DNA of 64,000 bases from NCBI GenBank assembly GCA_951406725.2, contig OX597818.1, positions 140,802,001-140,866,000 of the forward strand, read 5' to 3'. The notes under the pieces were generated by a model. It was not told the DNA's origin. It searched no databases and saw nothing but the letters and a program-made list of their open reading frames with translations. The stretch is from Octopus vulgaris. Lineage: Eukaryota. A program made the translations under genes and the position numbers. Numbering within the stretch: the stretch's first letter is position 1; every line of letters begins with the position of its first letter. Below are positions 41,564-54,717 of this stretch, piece after piece.

Positions 41564-42758
41564 CTATCCGTTTTCTTTAGGGGACCAAAAACGTAACAGA
41601 AATTTAGTCACATGTGGGCATGATCCGAAAAGTTCTGTCCTTGTATTTAGACATGTGGTAGGGTCTAAGCTGCTTTTCCAGATAAGCCATCTCTCCATGT
41701 CGCATAAACCGCACCTTCCGCTGCCGTTAGTATAGGGCTTACATCTGGCCAAAATCTTCCATTGTATGTTATAATCGACACCTTTATCTCTTAAAGACCA
41801 AATATGATTGGATAATTGTGTCGCTTTTCTTTTGTTCCAGTGCCTAAAGCTCAAAGTGTGGTTATTGAACCTGGCCTTGAAATTACCCTCTGTCAGGCCC
41901 ACGTATTTCTTCGTCAAAACGGTGTCTTTAGTGGTTATAGAGTTTACGGTAGCTTCATATATGATGGTCTTGGACATGCAAGCTCCATTTAGCGGGCACA
42001 ATTCTTTATTCCTGCATGAACAGCTGTTTTCTTCTTGTGTTTTTTGTATGTTATGATTGATTATGTTTTTAAAATTGGTAGTTGAACTAAAACTAATTTT
42101 TAAATTGTGTCTATTGAAGAGTTTCCTATAAGCATGGTTAACTGGAAAATGTCTATCTATTAGTGCTAGGAAATATTTACCTATATTGAAGGCCACCTCG
42201 GGTGAGTAAGGGGGCGTAAACCAGATGACCTTCCTATTTCTATTATTCCTTTTCCTTATTGTTGGGCTGGTGATAGGTGTATATTTTATTTTTTCGCTAA
42301 AACCACTATCTTTTAAAGCTTTATTATAAACTGGGGCAACGCTATTGAAGATGTCCTCATTAGATGAGAGGCTAGAAATCCTCTTACTAATATTTTTAAC
42401 TAAATTTTTGAATACTATAGGGGGATGGCATGAACCTACATTAATATAACTTAGTCTATCATTGGGCTTCCTATAAGGCTTATAAATATTATTATTAAGA
42501 TCTAAGGAAACGTCTAAGAAATTGACAACCGTCAGGTTAGTGTCTATAGTTATACTAAGTCCGAAGTGTTTCATTAACTGGATAATATCCTTCCTAAAAC
42601 GATCTTGTGCTGGTCCATTTGTATTAGCTGTTAAGGCGAGGGCATCATCTTTGTAGATGGCGAAATGTACGTTAGGGAATGTCTTACTGAAGGTATCTAG
42701 GAGAAAGAGTCCAATTAGATCACAGATGCCTGCCCCATCATATGAACCCATGCTCACA
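41564..42758 (-). pseudogene. Inverted partial copy of the PLE ORF (RT C-half + GIY-YIG)
   Basis: Same translation as the + copy from VSMGSYDG to the stop. The N-terminal part of the track ORF is antisense spacer. Confidence 0.93.
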
Positions 42759-44586
42759 AAATCATATAAAAAGCTCCAAGAAAAAAGCACTTTTTTCGGA
42801 TAAAACCAAGAACTTATACCTGGTAGATAACAGCAAATACACACAACTCTTACACAACAGCATCATTAATAATTATACTAAGGCTAGGGCACAGACATAT
42901 AACGAAATTAATAAAGAAGCTAGCGTCATCGCCGCTAAACTTAAATTAGATAAAAAAATAGAAACCCTCCCCCAAAAAGAGGCCTTTATTACTATTAAAG
43001 ACCACAAAGAAAACTTCCTTTCCAATCCTAAATGTAGGCTTATCAACCCAGCCAAGTCAGAACTAGGGATTATTAGCAAAGAAATTTTAGATAAAATAAA
43101 TACGAAAATTAAGACCGATACTAGGCTAGTGCAATGGTCCAATAGTATAGAAGTCGTAGACTGGTTTAAAGCTATTAAGAATAAGAAAAAAGCGAGGTTT
43201 ACACAATTCGATATTGTTGATTTTTATGCCTCTATCTCTAAAGAACTGCTAGATAAAGCCCTAAATTTCGCTAGTGACTTCATAGAAATTAGTACCAATG
43301 ATAAGGATATAATCTTCCATGCTAGAAAGACATTACTTTTCAGTGAGAATGCAAAGTGGGTAAAAAACACCGACACGGAGGGCGCTTTCGATGTGAGCAT
43401 GGGTTCATATGATGGGGCAGGCATCTGTGATCTAATTGGACTCTTTCTCCTAGATACCTTCAGTAAGACATTCCCTAACGTACATTTCGCCATCTACAAA
43501 GATGATGCCCTCGCCTTAACAGCTAATACAAATGGACCAGCACAAGATCGTTTTAGGAAGGATATTATCCAGTTAATGAAACACTTCGGACTTAGTATAA
43601 CTATAGACACTAACCTGACGGTTGTCAATTTCTTAGACGTTTCCTTAGATCTTAATAATAATATTTATAAGCCTTATAGGAAGCCCAATGATAGACTAAG
43701 TTATATTAATGTAGGTTCATGCCATCCCCCTATAGTATTCAAAAATTTAGTTAAAAATATTAGTAAGAGGATTTCTAGCCTCTCATCTAATGAGGACATC
43801 TTCAATAGCGTTGCCCCAGTTTATAATAAAGCTTTAAAAGATAGTGGTTTTAGCGAAAAAATAAAATATACACCTATCACCAGCCCAACAATAAGGAAAA
43901 GGAATAATAGAAATAGGAAGGTCATCTGGTTTACGCCCCCTTACTCACCCGAGGTGGCCTTCAATATAGGTAAATATTTCCTAGCACTAATAGATAGACA
44001 TTTTCCAGTTAACCATGCTTATAGGAAACTCTTCAATAGACACAATTTAAAAATTAGTTTTAGTTCAACTACCAATTTTAAAAACATAATCAATCATAAC
44101 ATACAAAAAACACAAGAAGAAAACAGCTGTTCATGCAGGAATAAAGAATTGTGCCCGCTAAATGGAGCTTGCATGTCCAAGACCATCATATATGAAGCTA
44201 CCGTAAACTCTATAACCACTAAAGACACCGTTTTGACGAAGAAATACGTGGGCCTGACAGAGGGTAATTTCAAGGCCAGGTTCAATAACCACACTTTGAG
44301 CTTTAGGCACTGGAACAAAAGAAAAGCGACACAATTATCCAATCATATTTGGTCTTTAAGAGATAAAGGTGTCGATTATAACATACAATGGAAGATTTTG
44401 GCCAGATGTAAGCCCTATACTAACGGCAGCGGAAGGTGCGGTTTATGCGACATGGAGAGATGGCTTATCTGGAAAAGCAGCTTAGACCCTACCACATGTC
44501 TAAATACAAGGACAGAACTTTTCGGATCATGCCCACATGTGACTAAATTTCTGTTACGTTTTTGGTCCCCTAAAGAAAACGGATAG
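42759..44586 (+). CDS. PLE reverse transcriptase-GIY-YIG endonuclease, uninterrupted but N-truncated
   Basis: KDHKENF..NPKCRLINPAKS, FDIVDFY, MGSYDGA, YKDD (43495-43506), NFLDV, YRKP, CSCR...CPLNGAC, IIY...YVG, CGLC...CPH. The ATG at 42742 comes from the inverted arm. Motifs recall Nematis-type PLEs (inference). Confidence 0.93.
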
Positions 44587-44792
44587 AACATGCTTTCTGT
44601 GTTATGTCCCAAGAAGATTTTATATATTTTTATATATTTTTATATATTTTTTTATATATTTTTATGTATTTTTATATAATTTTTATGACGAAAAATGCGA
44701 GCGATGTATAAGTACGCAGGCAAAGCAGAGTTATAACAGAGTAATTTCCCTTCATTTTTAACGGTATTTTTTCATAACGTTTTCAAATAGCC

Positions 44793-44855
44793 AGATAACC
44801 GAAGAGATGGTGTTGTGGATTTCCACTTCGGCATCTGAAACTCAGAGTTTTATCT
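44793..44855 (+). ncRNA. Type I hammerhead ribozyme variant in PLE 3' end
   Basis: AGATAA-CCGAAGA-GATG...CATC-T-GAAA-CTCAGAGT-T-TTATCT. 6-bp helix I, helix II with inner GTGGA/TCCAC stem, palindromic helix III. Predicted cut after 44849. Confidence 0.8.
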
Positions 44856-45319
44856 TGACTACCGAGTAATGTAACATATTGTATAGATAAATTTCCTCTA
44901 TTTACATAATATTGAGGTCTCTTTCTTTCTTTTGTTATCTTACCGTTTTATCAATATATATATATATATATATATATATACGACGGGCTCCTTTCAGTTT
45001 CTGTCTACCAAATTCACTCACAAGGCACTGGCCGGCCCGGGGCTATAGCAAAAGACACTTGCCCAAGATGCCACGCAGTGGGACTGAACCCGGAACCATG
45101 TGGTTTGTTAGCAAGCTACTTACCACACAGCCACTCCTGCGCCTCTTAAACATATTCATACTTCCACCACAAACAGCAGTAAAACTAACGCAGCCAAGTA
45201 ATAATATTTCAAGGATATCCGCCTACACTTCCAAAAGACACCTCTTAAACTAATACAACACTACCACCAGAAACACCAACGACAACACCTACAAATTGAG
45301 GACCAATAACAATTACAAT

Positions 45320-45877
45320 ATTCTTTTCTAATCTTGGCACAAAGCCTGAAATTTGAAGTGAGGGGGCCAGTCGATAAGATCGATCCCAGCACCCAAGAGA
45401 ATGAAAGGCAAAGTCGTCCTCGGCGGAATTGGAACTCAGAACGTAAAGACAGACGAAATACCTATTTTTTACTAACCACAAGGGGCTAAACACACAGAGG
45501 ACAAACAAGGATAGACAAAGGATTAAGTCGATTATATCGACCGCAGTGCGTAGCTGGTACTTATTTAATCGACCCCGAAATAATGAAAGGCAAAGTCGAC
45601 CTCGGCGGAATTTGAACTCAGAACGTAAATACAGACGAAATACCTATTTCTTTATTACCCACTAGGGGCTAAACACAGAGCGGACAAACAAGGACAGACA
45701 TAGGTATTAAGTCGATTACATCGATCCCAGTGCGTAACTGGTACTTATTTAATCGATCCCGAAATAATGAAAGGCAAAGTCGACCTCGGCGGAATTTGAA
45801 CTCAAAACGTAACGGCAGACGAAATACGGCTACGCATTTCGCCCGGCGTGCTAACGTTTCTGACAGCTCGCCGCCTT
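45320..45877 (-). mobile_element. SINE family B, head plus 3 tandem units
   Basis: GAAATA junctions at 45455, 45637 and 45821 (period 182-184). The last unit has an alternative tail. Confidence 0.9.
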
Positions 45878-46568
45878 AAATACATACGAAATACCGCTAA
45901 GCATTTCGCCTTATCGCTCCCGATGACATTATCACACGACAAATTATAAATCACGACATCATCAACACAACCCACACCATCGACACCAACACCACCACCA
46001 CCACCACCACAAGCGAATAAAAATAGCAACGGCACAAACTACTACAGGAATAGCACCTACAACAAACTCATCAAAATCAACCCCATTGCGAGAACATCAT
46101 CTCCAGCATTATCCCCAATAATAACAATATAATCAACAACATTAACTACAATTCAATTACTCTAACGTAAATGTGATACATATTGCAGCTCAAACAACAG
46201 CAGTGGGCCTCAATTGACACGTATTTATTGAAGCCCAAATGAAACGAATTTATAATATTGTTTATATTCAGTCAACAAATTGGAGGCCAGCCCAACCTAG
46301 CCGGAACACGAAGACACACAATTACGAACGCACACGGTACGCATACACACACTAATGTACACACAGATACGTACGCAGACTAGATCTCATGCAAAGCCTA
46401 TTCACACACACTCATATCTCTTCCTTAGTGTTCCCCTACACTGTACAATGTATACATACAAATACACATATACACACACACACTCACATATACATACATG
46501 CATACATACCTACATGTATATATATATGTACACACACACAGACACATATATCCATTTGATATTTGCGC

Positions 46569-46618
<50 letters not shown>

Positions 46619-46741
46619 GCGCAAATATCAAATGGATGTCTTATAAGACTATTATGCACATACAATAACATGTATATCTATCTATCTATGTATATATATA
46701 TATATATGTATGTATATATATATACATATATATATATACTT

Positions 46742-46801
<60 letters not shown>

Positions 46802-47210
46802 GCTCCGGTGAAAGTCAGTAGCCAAAGAAGCATATTTCAACTCAAGCCAGCAGAAACTCCTTGTTTTTAGTCCCAGTACTTTTGAATTCTACAATTCTAC
46901 TATTCTACTCCTTTACTACCATCGGAGGATAAATTTATACAAATCTATATACAACCTGGAGAAAGAAATATAAACCAAAGCTAAACCCAAGACTAGTTCT
47001 AAAACTAGTCCCGTGAGTACAATTCTGTTTCCTTGATCTGTATTAAACACCCCGCTCATCCTGATTTGTACTAAATACACTGAACTCTCCCCCACACACT
47101 CAGACACGCATTTCCGAATATATCGACACAAACTTTTCAACGGTGTATTCACTATTATACATCAAGCCATCAATAACTAACGTACAGTGTATAATACTGT
47201 CCCACTGAAT

Positions 47211-48433
47211 ATGGCCAATAATATTCAAAAACGCCACTGGGTTGAAAATGAAATCACTGCACTGATAAACGCTTGGTGCACTCACCACAACGAAGCTAAT
47301 GTTTACAGTAAAATAGCTGAAAACTTAGCAAAACAATCCTTTCACAGATCTGTAAAACAGATCGAAAATAAAATTAAAAGAGATGGTAAGAACATTTCCT
47401 ATTTTCCACACGCACATGGCAACACTAGAAGCCATCCTTGTCCATGAATGTAGTGCACCAAGTGACCCAACTCCAACAGGTCAGGGGTCACTTCAACGAC
47501 CCGATAGCCAGCCGCAAACATCTGACCTAATTCCTCCCATTCCATCCAACACTACCTTGGCAAGCCAGGACTCACTATCACAACAAAATCAACAGCCTGC
47601 TTCTGCTACTACATCACCAGTATCTGACCCGATTCCACCCAGCCCTACTGTTGCAAGTCAAGTTTCACTGCTGCGACAGCAGCAACAACAACAACACTCT
47701 GCTACTGCTACTACAGCCAGAATAGAAAAACCACTACTTCACCCATATCAAACACCCTGCTGTTACTATTCTCAAGGCAACTGTAGATTTGGCCCCAGCG
47801 GCACCAACAACAAGGGACGCTGTGCTTTTTTCCATCCTACCTTATGTCGTAGACTTGTTAAGGGCACCTGTCCATATGGTATAACGGGAAAAAACTGCCC
47901 TCACCTCCACCCCAAATACTGTCCTAAATACAGAGTCCATGGTCCTGATCCCAAATATGGATGCACAAAAGGCAATGGATGCACCTTCTTCCATCCTAAA
48001 CTGTGCCAAACTTCCGTGTCACTAAGGATGTGCCTGAACCCAGAAAGCAACCACTACCATCTGAAGGGCACAAAACGATCGCAAAATAAATATACACAGC
48101 AACAGAGATCTACAACAACAGCAACAGCAACAGCAACAACAAAAACAAAATACAACCACGTTTCCCCTCCTACAATCAAACAACTTCGACAAAACCATGA
48201 AAAAACCATATAATATAAACATGAAATATGTATCCTCTGACCAAGTGGCAAACCAAAGGGGTAACTCTTTTTTACTGACTTACCAAGAAAATATGAAGGC
48301 CGACCTAAGCCAAGAGATCCAACGAGCTGTCAGCAACCAGCTATGTAAATCACAAAGACCACACACCCACTACCAACAAGAAAATCATACACACACAGCT
48401 CCATACAAGAACTACCTACATTGTTACCACTGA
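47211..48433 (+). pseudogene. LINE ORF1: Myb/SANT-like domain + Pro/Gln linker + 4 CCCH-type fingers, two frameshifts
   Basis: HWVENEITALINAW...VYSKIAENL...RSVKQIENKIK, then four C..C..C...H units in 47755-48062. Frameshifts near 47380 and 48200. Confidence 0.8.
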
Positions 48434-51424
48434 AGAACATAAAACATGACTTAGAACAATGCAAACATCAAACTCCCCTTACCTCGACATTCCTGTTAAA
48501 TGTACGTGGCATCAACCCATCAATTATTGCCCAAAAATGGAAGATCCCATTTATAGAGAGTTGGCTTGCCGAAACGGCACATTGCTTCCCTTTCTTTATC
48601 CTTACCGAGACTCACCTGAACAACACCCATATAGACGCCGAGGTGAAAATAAAAGATTTCACCATTGTTCTCGCGGATCGCACAGACCGAAATAAGGGAG
48701 GTACAGCCATCTTTATCCATGACTCCTTTTCACTTGATGCCAAGGACATATTTTCCAATGGCTATTGTGAATCTGTATCACTATTCATCAAGGTCAAGGA
48801 CATAATCATTGTTGGTCTTTACAGGCCTCCCCAAGCACCTCTAAAGTGCTTTGAAGAGTGCCTTAGCAAAGTCAAATCTTTCCTTCGGATGTACAACTCC
48901 GGAAACATACTAGTGATGGGTGATTTTAACCTCCCTCGTGTGAACTGGCCCACAGATACTCTGAAGTTAGGCAAGTGCTCTACATCAGATAGAGCAGCAG
49001 CAGAACTGCTCTTCAATCTGATGGATGAATACTTCCTGACTCAGCTACTGCTCGAACCAACGAGACAGAATAAAACGATCTTGGTTCTGGTATTGACCAA
49101 TCACTCTAGCTTCGTTCACAGTATGTCAGTTGAAAAAACTCTCCTCTCAGACCACGACATGGTATTCTGCAATTTTAATTCCCGACATATAAAAACCAAA
49201 CCAGCCAATCCCACTCCATGGCACTCATTTGACAACATAAACTTCCACAAAGCGGACTGGGGAGCAATCAGAAAGGATCTGTCTTTCATCGACTGGTCTT
49301 TTACTCTTAATTCCACCCATATTGAGACCGCATGGCAGCACTTTGAAAACATTGTCACCTATACATGCTCTAAACATGCTCCCACGAAATCTACTAACAC
49401 AAACAGAAACCAGCTCCCTAAAAAGAAAAAAAAAACACTCATCAGGCGCATCAAAAGACTCAACAAAAAAATCAACCAATTAAAATATTCCCTCATACAA
49501 CATCCACATTCTACAACAATGGAAAGGCTAGAGCTGGAAAAACTTCATCTGCAGACCGACATGAAAACCTCCATTGAAAATCAAAGGCTGTGGAGGAACA
49601 GTGGGTAATCAAAAACATCAAACAGAACCCAAAAGTGTTCTATTCTTATGCAAATAAGCATAGAACCACTGTCTCACCCATTGGGCCATTGATAGATGAT
49701 AACGGCATTCCCCAACACGATGCTAAAGAAATGGCAGAAATACTGCAGAAACAATACTGCTCTGTCTTTAGTGTTCCCACTGATATTGACGTAAGAGAAG
49801 CGAACGATGTTGACTCCCAACATAAAATCTCAGACATAACCTTCACTGCCACTGACATCGTAGCAGCAATAAATGAGGTCAAATACTACTCTGCTGTAGG
49901 CCCTGATAGATTCCCCGGTAGTCTCCTGAAGGAATGTAGACACCAACTTGCAGTCCCTCTGACCAACCTCTGGAGAAATTCGTTAGACGCCGGTTATATA
50001 CCGAAACAGTTTCTATCCCAGTCAGTCATCCCGGTTTTCAAACAGGGAAACAGATCCCTCGCACTCAACTATCGCCCAATCTCACTCACCTCCCATATCA
50101 TTAAAGTGTTTGAAAGAGTGTTAAGATCAAGGATAGCTGACTTCCTTGAGACCCACAAACTCCTAAATGCAAATCAGCATGGCTTTCGCTGTGGCAGGGA
50201 CTGTCTAACACAGCTCTTACACCACATTGAAGATGAACTCAAAGCCTTGGGAACAGGTTCGAACTCTGACGTCATATATCTTGACTTCAGTAAAGCGTTC
50301 GACAGGGTAGACCATACTATCCTACTTTCAAAATTGGCAAATGCTGGAATCCGTGAAAAAGTTCTACACTGGATTAAGTATTTCCTGGCGAATAGAACAC
50401 AACATGTAGTTGATGGAGTCCACTCAAGCCCAGCAGAAGTAACCAGCGGTGTCCCCCAGGGGACTGTCTTCGGTCCACTACTCTACATAATTTACATAAA
50501 CGACCTTCCCAATGTCGTACATTACTGCAAAGGGAAAATATTTGCTGATGACACTAAGCTCCAGCAAATCGTCAATGAAGAAGCAGACCGAACTCAACTC
50601 CAGTCTGATCTATATGATGTGAGTCAATGGGCAGACAGAAGCAAAATGCAACTGAACGAGGGAAAATTTGAGCTGATGCATTTTGGAAGAAATTCCTCAC
50701 TAAAACAGCCATACTCTCTTCCTTCAGGGGAACCGCTCACAGCCTCTAACAATATCAGAGACTTGGGTGTAATTGTTGATGACGATCTCAGTTGGAGTGC
50801 ACACATCAACAAGAAGGTCGATATAGCTCGTAGGATGAGTTCCTGGATCTTAAGAACTTTCCGGTCCAGAGAACAAGGTGTCATCATACCACTTTTTTCC
50901 TCCTTTGTACGGCCACACCTTGAATACTGCTGCCCACTGTGGTCTCCCCATACAAGACAAAGCAACTCGAGGATTGAGTCACCCCAGAGGGCACTCACTG
51001 AACGAATTGAAGGCATGGCTGCTCTCGATTATTGGGATCGCCTTAAAGCCTTGAAACTTTACTCCCTCCAGCGTCGCCGTGAGCGGTACATCATTTGTAC
51101 GATGTAGAGAATATACCGCCAACTTTGCCCAAACGACCTGAACATTAGCTTGAAGGTTCATCCAAGACTGGGACCACGGCCATACGTCCCCTGCCCAATT
51201 CAAGATCACAGCATACATGTAGACTGCAATATAATTTCTTTTCCTCAACAGGCCCTGCCCTATTTAACATTGTCCCGAAAGAGATCAAAGAGGAAAAGGA
51301 TCCCATCAACTTGAAACGGAGTCTGGATAGATTCTTTCAAGGAATACCAAATAAGCCACCCATAATTGGATACAACTCACCCAACAAAAACTCACTACTT
51401 GAATGGACCATAAACAAAACTTGA
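48421..51424 (+). pseudogene. LINE ORF2: APE endonuclease + RT, disrupted
   Basis: LNVRG, LTETHL, YRPP, GDFN, SDH; NYRPISLTS, QHGFR, YLDFSKAFD, GVPQG, FADD. Frameshift ~49590 and premature stop 51105-51107. Confidence 0.95.
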
Positions 51425-51522
51425 CCTAAACAGGATTCAAATAATCCTATCAGGTGGTGCTATTAAGTTAGACATGGCCTGGACCAATCTTTGGTCGAAA
51501 CATATCTAAGTTTATCTAAGTT

Positions 51523-51560
<38 letters not shown>

Positions 51561-52019
51561 TATAACGATTATACGGTGGACGATATATATTAGCTATTCA
51601 ATATCGCCATAAACAATTAACATCATTTAAACATTTATTATTTGGTGACAAAATATTCCGCTCACCATTGTGACCTGGTCGCTGACATGGTTCCACTGTG
51701 ACGGGATCTCAATTGCAGAGGCGAAAATTGTAACGCGAAATAGGAAATTATTAAGCTAAGTTACCAGGCTTAGTATGTTCCTTGAATAGCTGGTATGTCT
51801 TCCAAGCTATAATTGTTTTAGGTTTGATGCGGCCTCAGATAGAATCAGTTATGTACATCTAATTAACGAAATATAAACATGCACGCAAGCACCAACACAT
51901 TCATTTATATACACACATATATATGTGTGTGTACATATGTACATATATATGTAAATAAATAAATATATAAATAAATAAATATATATACATATATATATAA
52001 ATATACACGCACAAATTTG

Positions 52020-53450
52020 AGGAAACAATAACCCCGTAAGAGATTGTTGAAAACAATCCAGATGCCGACTGGGTTTAAATAAATATATTATATATTGATA
52101 AAAAGTTACTCAATATATAAGTATAAACAGTCTTATAAATTAAAAAAGTCAATAAAAGAAAATGGACAAGAAAAAATATTTAAAAGTTGCTTGGTTCATT
52201 TTATTCGTATCACAATGGAAAAGTAATGCAGATTAAATAATTAAAAGATAAGAACAATTATAAAAAGAACCACATCAACAAAGCAACCCAAAATATCAAC
52301 AAAAAAATTCTGCTTATGTTTCAATCCGACAATATGTCTGAATCATCAATAATTGTAACTTTTATAGATGTAATAGAAGATATATTGTAGGATATCTTCA
52401 GGAAAATAAGTATATTTTCGGTCTTCCATTACGAAATGACTTATTTGACGGCTATGTTTAGGGATTTCTAAATGTAATCAAGCAACTTATTAGGACGCAG
52501 AGTTGATGCGATTAGCAATTTACTGTTTAAAATTTATCTATTGAACGTTGAAATGCTGCTAAAACATCAAATTTATTTGAAAAATATATCTATTATATTT
52601 AAATTTTAATTTAAATATATTTATAAAAGTTTATGTCAGGGAGATGTTAGAAAGACATGTAAACATTAGCGGGGTAATGTATACTACGATAATGTTTACT
52701 GGTGTCATTTAGGATTAAATTAGCTAGGACATAATTTACAGTGTTCTAAGAAAAAATACTTGATATTTTAATACAGGTTTATAAAAAGAAATGTATATTG
52801 TACTCACAAAATTCAAGAGAAATTAAAAACCGGAATTACAGGATAAATTTCCCGAGGTCAAAATTTGAGTAACTAGTATTCTCCCTTTTTTTTATATATG
52901 GTTAATAATTTCATTTTTGTATTATAGAAATGCAAAATAGCTTGAGTTCTATTATAGAAATATGTCTATAAGTTTCAGGAATAAAATAGATATCAAAACA
53001 TACGTGTTCTTTAAATTTTCATATTTATAAATTGAAATATATCAACAGTCAATAATGCTGGATAGTAAGATTTTATAAAATAAAAGATAAAATGGTCAAT
53101 ATACAGCTTTTATGTAAAAATAGGGGTTATATTAAAACATAAACATGGGGTTTATTTAATGGTAATTATATGTAAATACTATGATTAATAGTAAAGGTTA
53201 AGATAAATTATTGAATGGTATAAATACAAGATTAACAGATCAATAAATTAGATTTATACTTATATACTTGTGTTAAATATGGTCCATATAATGATTATTT
53301 TAATAAATAGTTATACTGTTATCAATTATTTGTATTAAAAATGTCGGTTATATGGGTGTTCTCAATATTATTTTTTTAAATTTAAATGGTGGAGTATAGA
53401 ATATGTTGCTGAATTCTAATATAGAAGTTATTAACTATTTTTTATTGGAA
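52020..53450 (-). mobile_element. Possible very old AT-rich PLE fossil
   Basis: Only faint fragments on the minus strand (IFS*NTV, SHF-RN-like). No ORF. Confidence 0.25.
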
Positions 53451-53464
53451 TGTATTTATATATA

Positions 53465-53915
<451 letters not shown>

Positions 53916-54381
53916 GGAATATTGGAAATACTGGACAACAGTGATGAGGAAGAAGAAAGTACAATGTGTAACAAATAATAGTGAAGGAAGATGTTAATAA
54001 CTCAAGTTAGAAAATATTAAAAACCTTACTGGAGTGTATACAGACCAACGTCTCCGCATAAATCAATGATTAACACGTCTAATGACTAATAATTAAACAC
54101 AACCGCACACATACAAGCAAATGCATACTTACACGTACATGAGATATATATAGATAGATATATATATATATATGTGTGTGTGTATGTGTGTGTGTGTGTG
54201 TGCGTGTGTGTGTGTATGTGTGTATGCCTGTGCATATATATGAGTATGCACGTATATATACTTATTCACACTTATATACACGAACATATACAGGTAGGTG
54301 TATGTATAATCCATCCATAAATATGTGTGTGTATACATACACACATATATATGTATGTATGTATATATGTATTTATGTATT

Positions 54382-54449
54382 ACTGCAATTGAAACAATTG
54401 TCGGATTTGAAAGCTGTGATCTGATATGATTTTCTCCGTGGATATTATT

Positions 54450-54451
<2 letters not shown>
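54382..54451 (+). mobile_element. Short PLE-type 3' tip with hammerhead 3' half
   Basis: GAAA-CAATTGT-C (palindromic helix III plus GUC site) at 54391-54402, then ~50 nt and (TA)n. Confidence 0.45.
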
Positions 54452-54480
<29 letters not shown>

Positions 54481-54683
54481 TTATATGGGTGTGTGGGTAT
54501 GTGTATGCGCATACATATATATATATATATACACACTTACACATAACATACACACACACACATGCGTGTAGTACGTAAACACTCAAAATTTGTGTATTGC
54601 ACAGTCCTATATATATGCTCGCTTGGCCGGAATCCAATCTTAGTATGATACTAATGAATTATAGATCCTGTCTAATCTCTCTC

Positions 54684-54717
<34 letters not shown>

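Larger units (their letters stand above)
41262..44953 (+). mobile_element. Penelope-like retroelement, 5'-truncated, with inverted duplication
   Basis: Arms 41262-42758 and 43392-44889 are near-perfect reverse complements around a 633-bp spacer. The right arm has a further ~64-nt tail. Both ends meet (TA)n. Confidence 0.95.
41111..45144 (-). mobile_element. SINE family A split by the PLE (parts 41111-41240 and 44977-45144)
   Basis: Joining the two parts restores the order of 34135-34456, with the PLE in the internal (TA)n. Confidence 0.9.
46798..51523 (+). mobile_element. Near full-length CR1-group LINE inserted in (TA)n
   Basis: 5'UTR, ORF1, ORF2, 3' stem-loop and a (TATCTAAGTT)x2 tail. 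TA tracts on both sides. Confidence 0.92.

Noticed and set aside
42742-42758. ATG start of the 614-aa ORF, and the N-terminus of the 426-aa minus ORF
   Set aside because: Both arise from the inversion junction and are not native starts.
42759-44586. Naiad-type selenoprotein PLE
   Set aside because: The endonuclease is C-terminal, the frame has no in-frame TGA, and no SECIS is evident.
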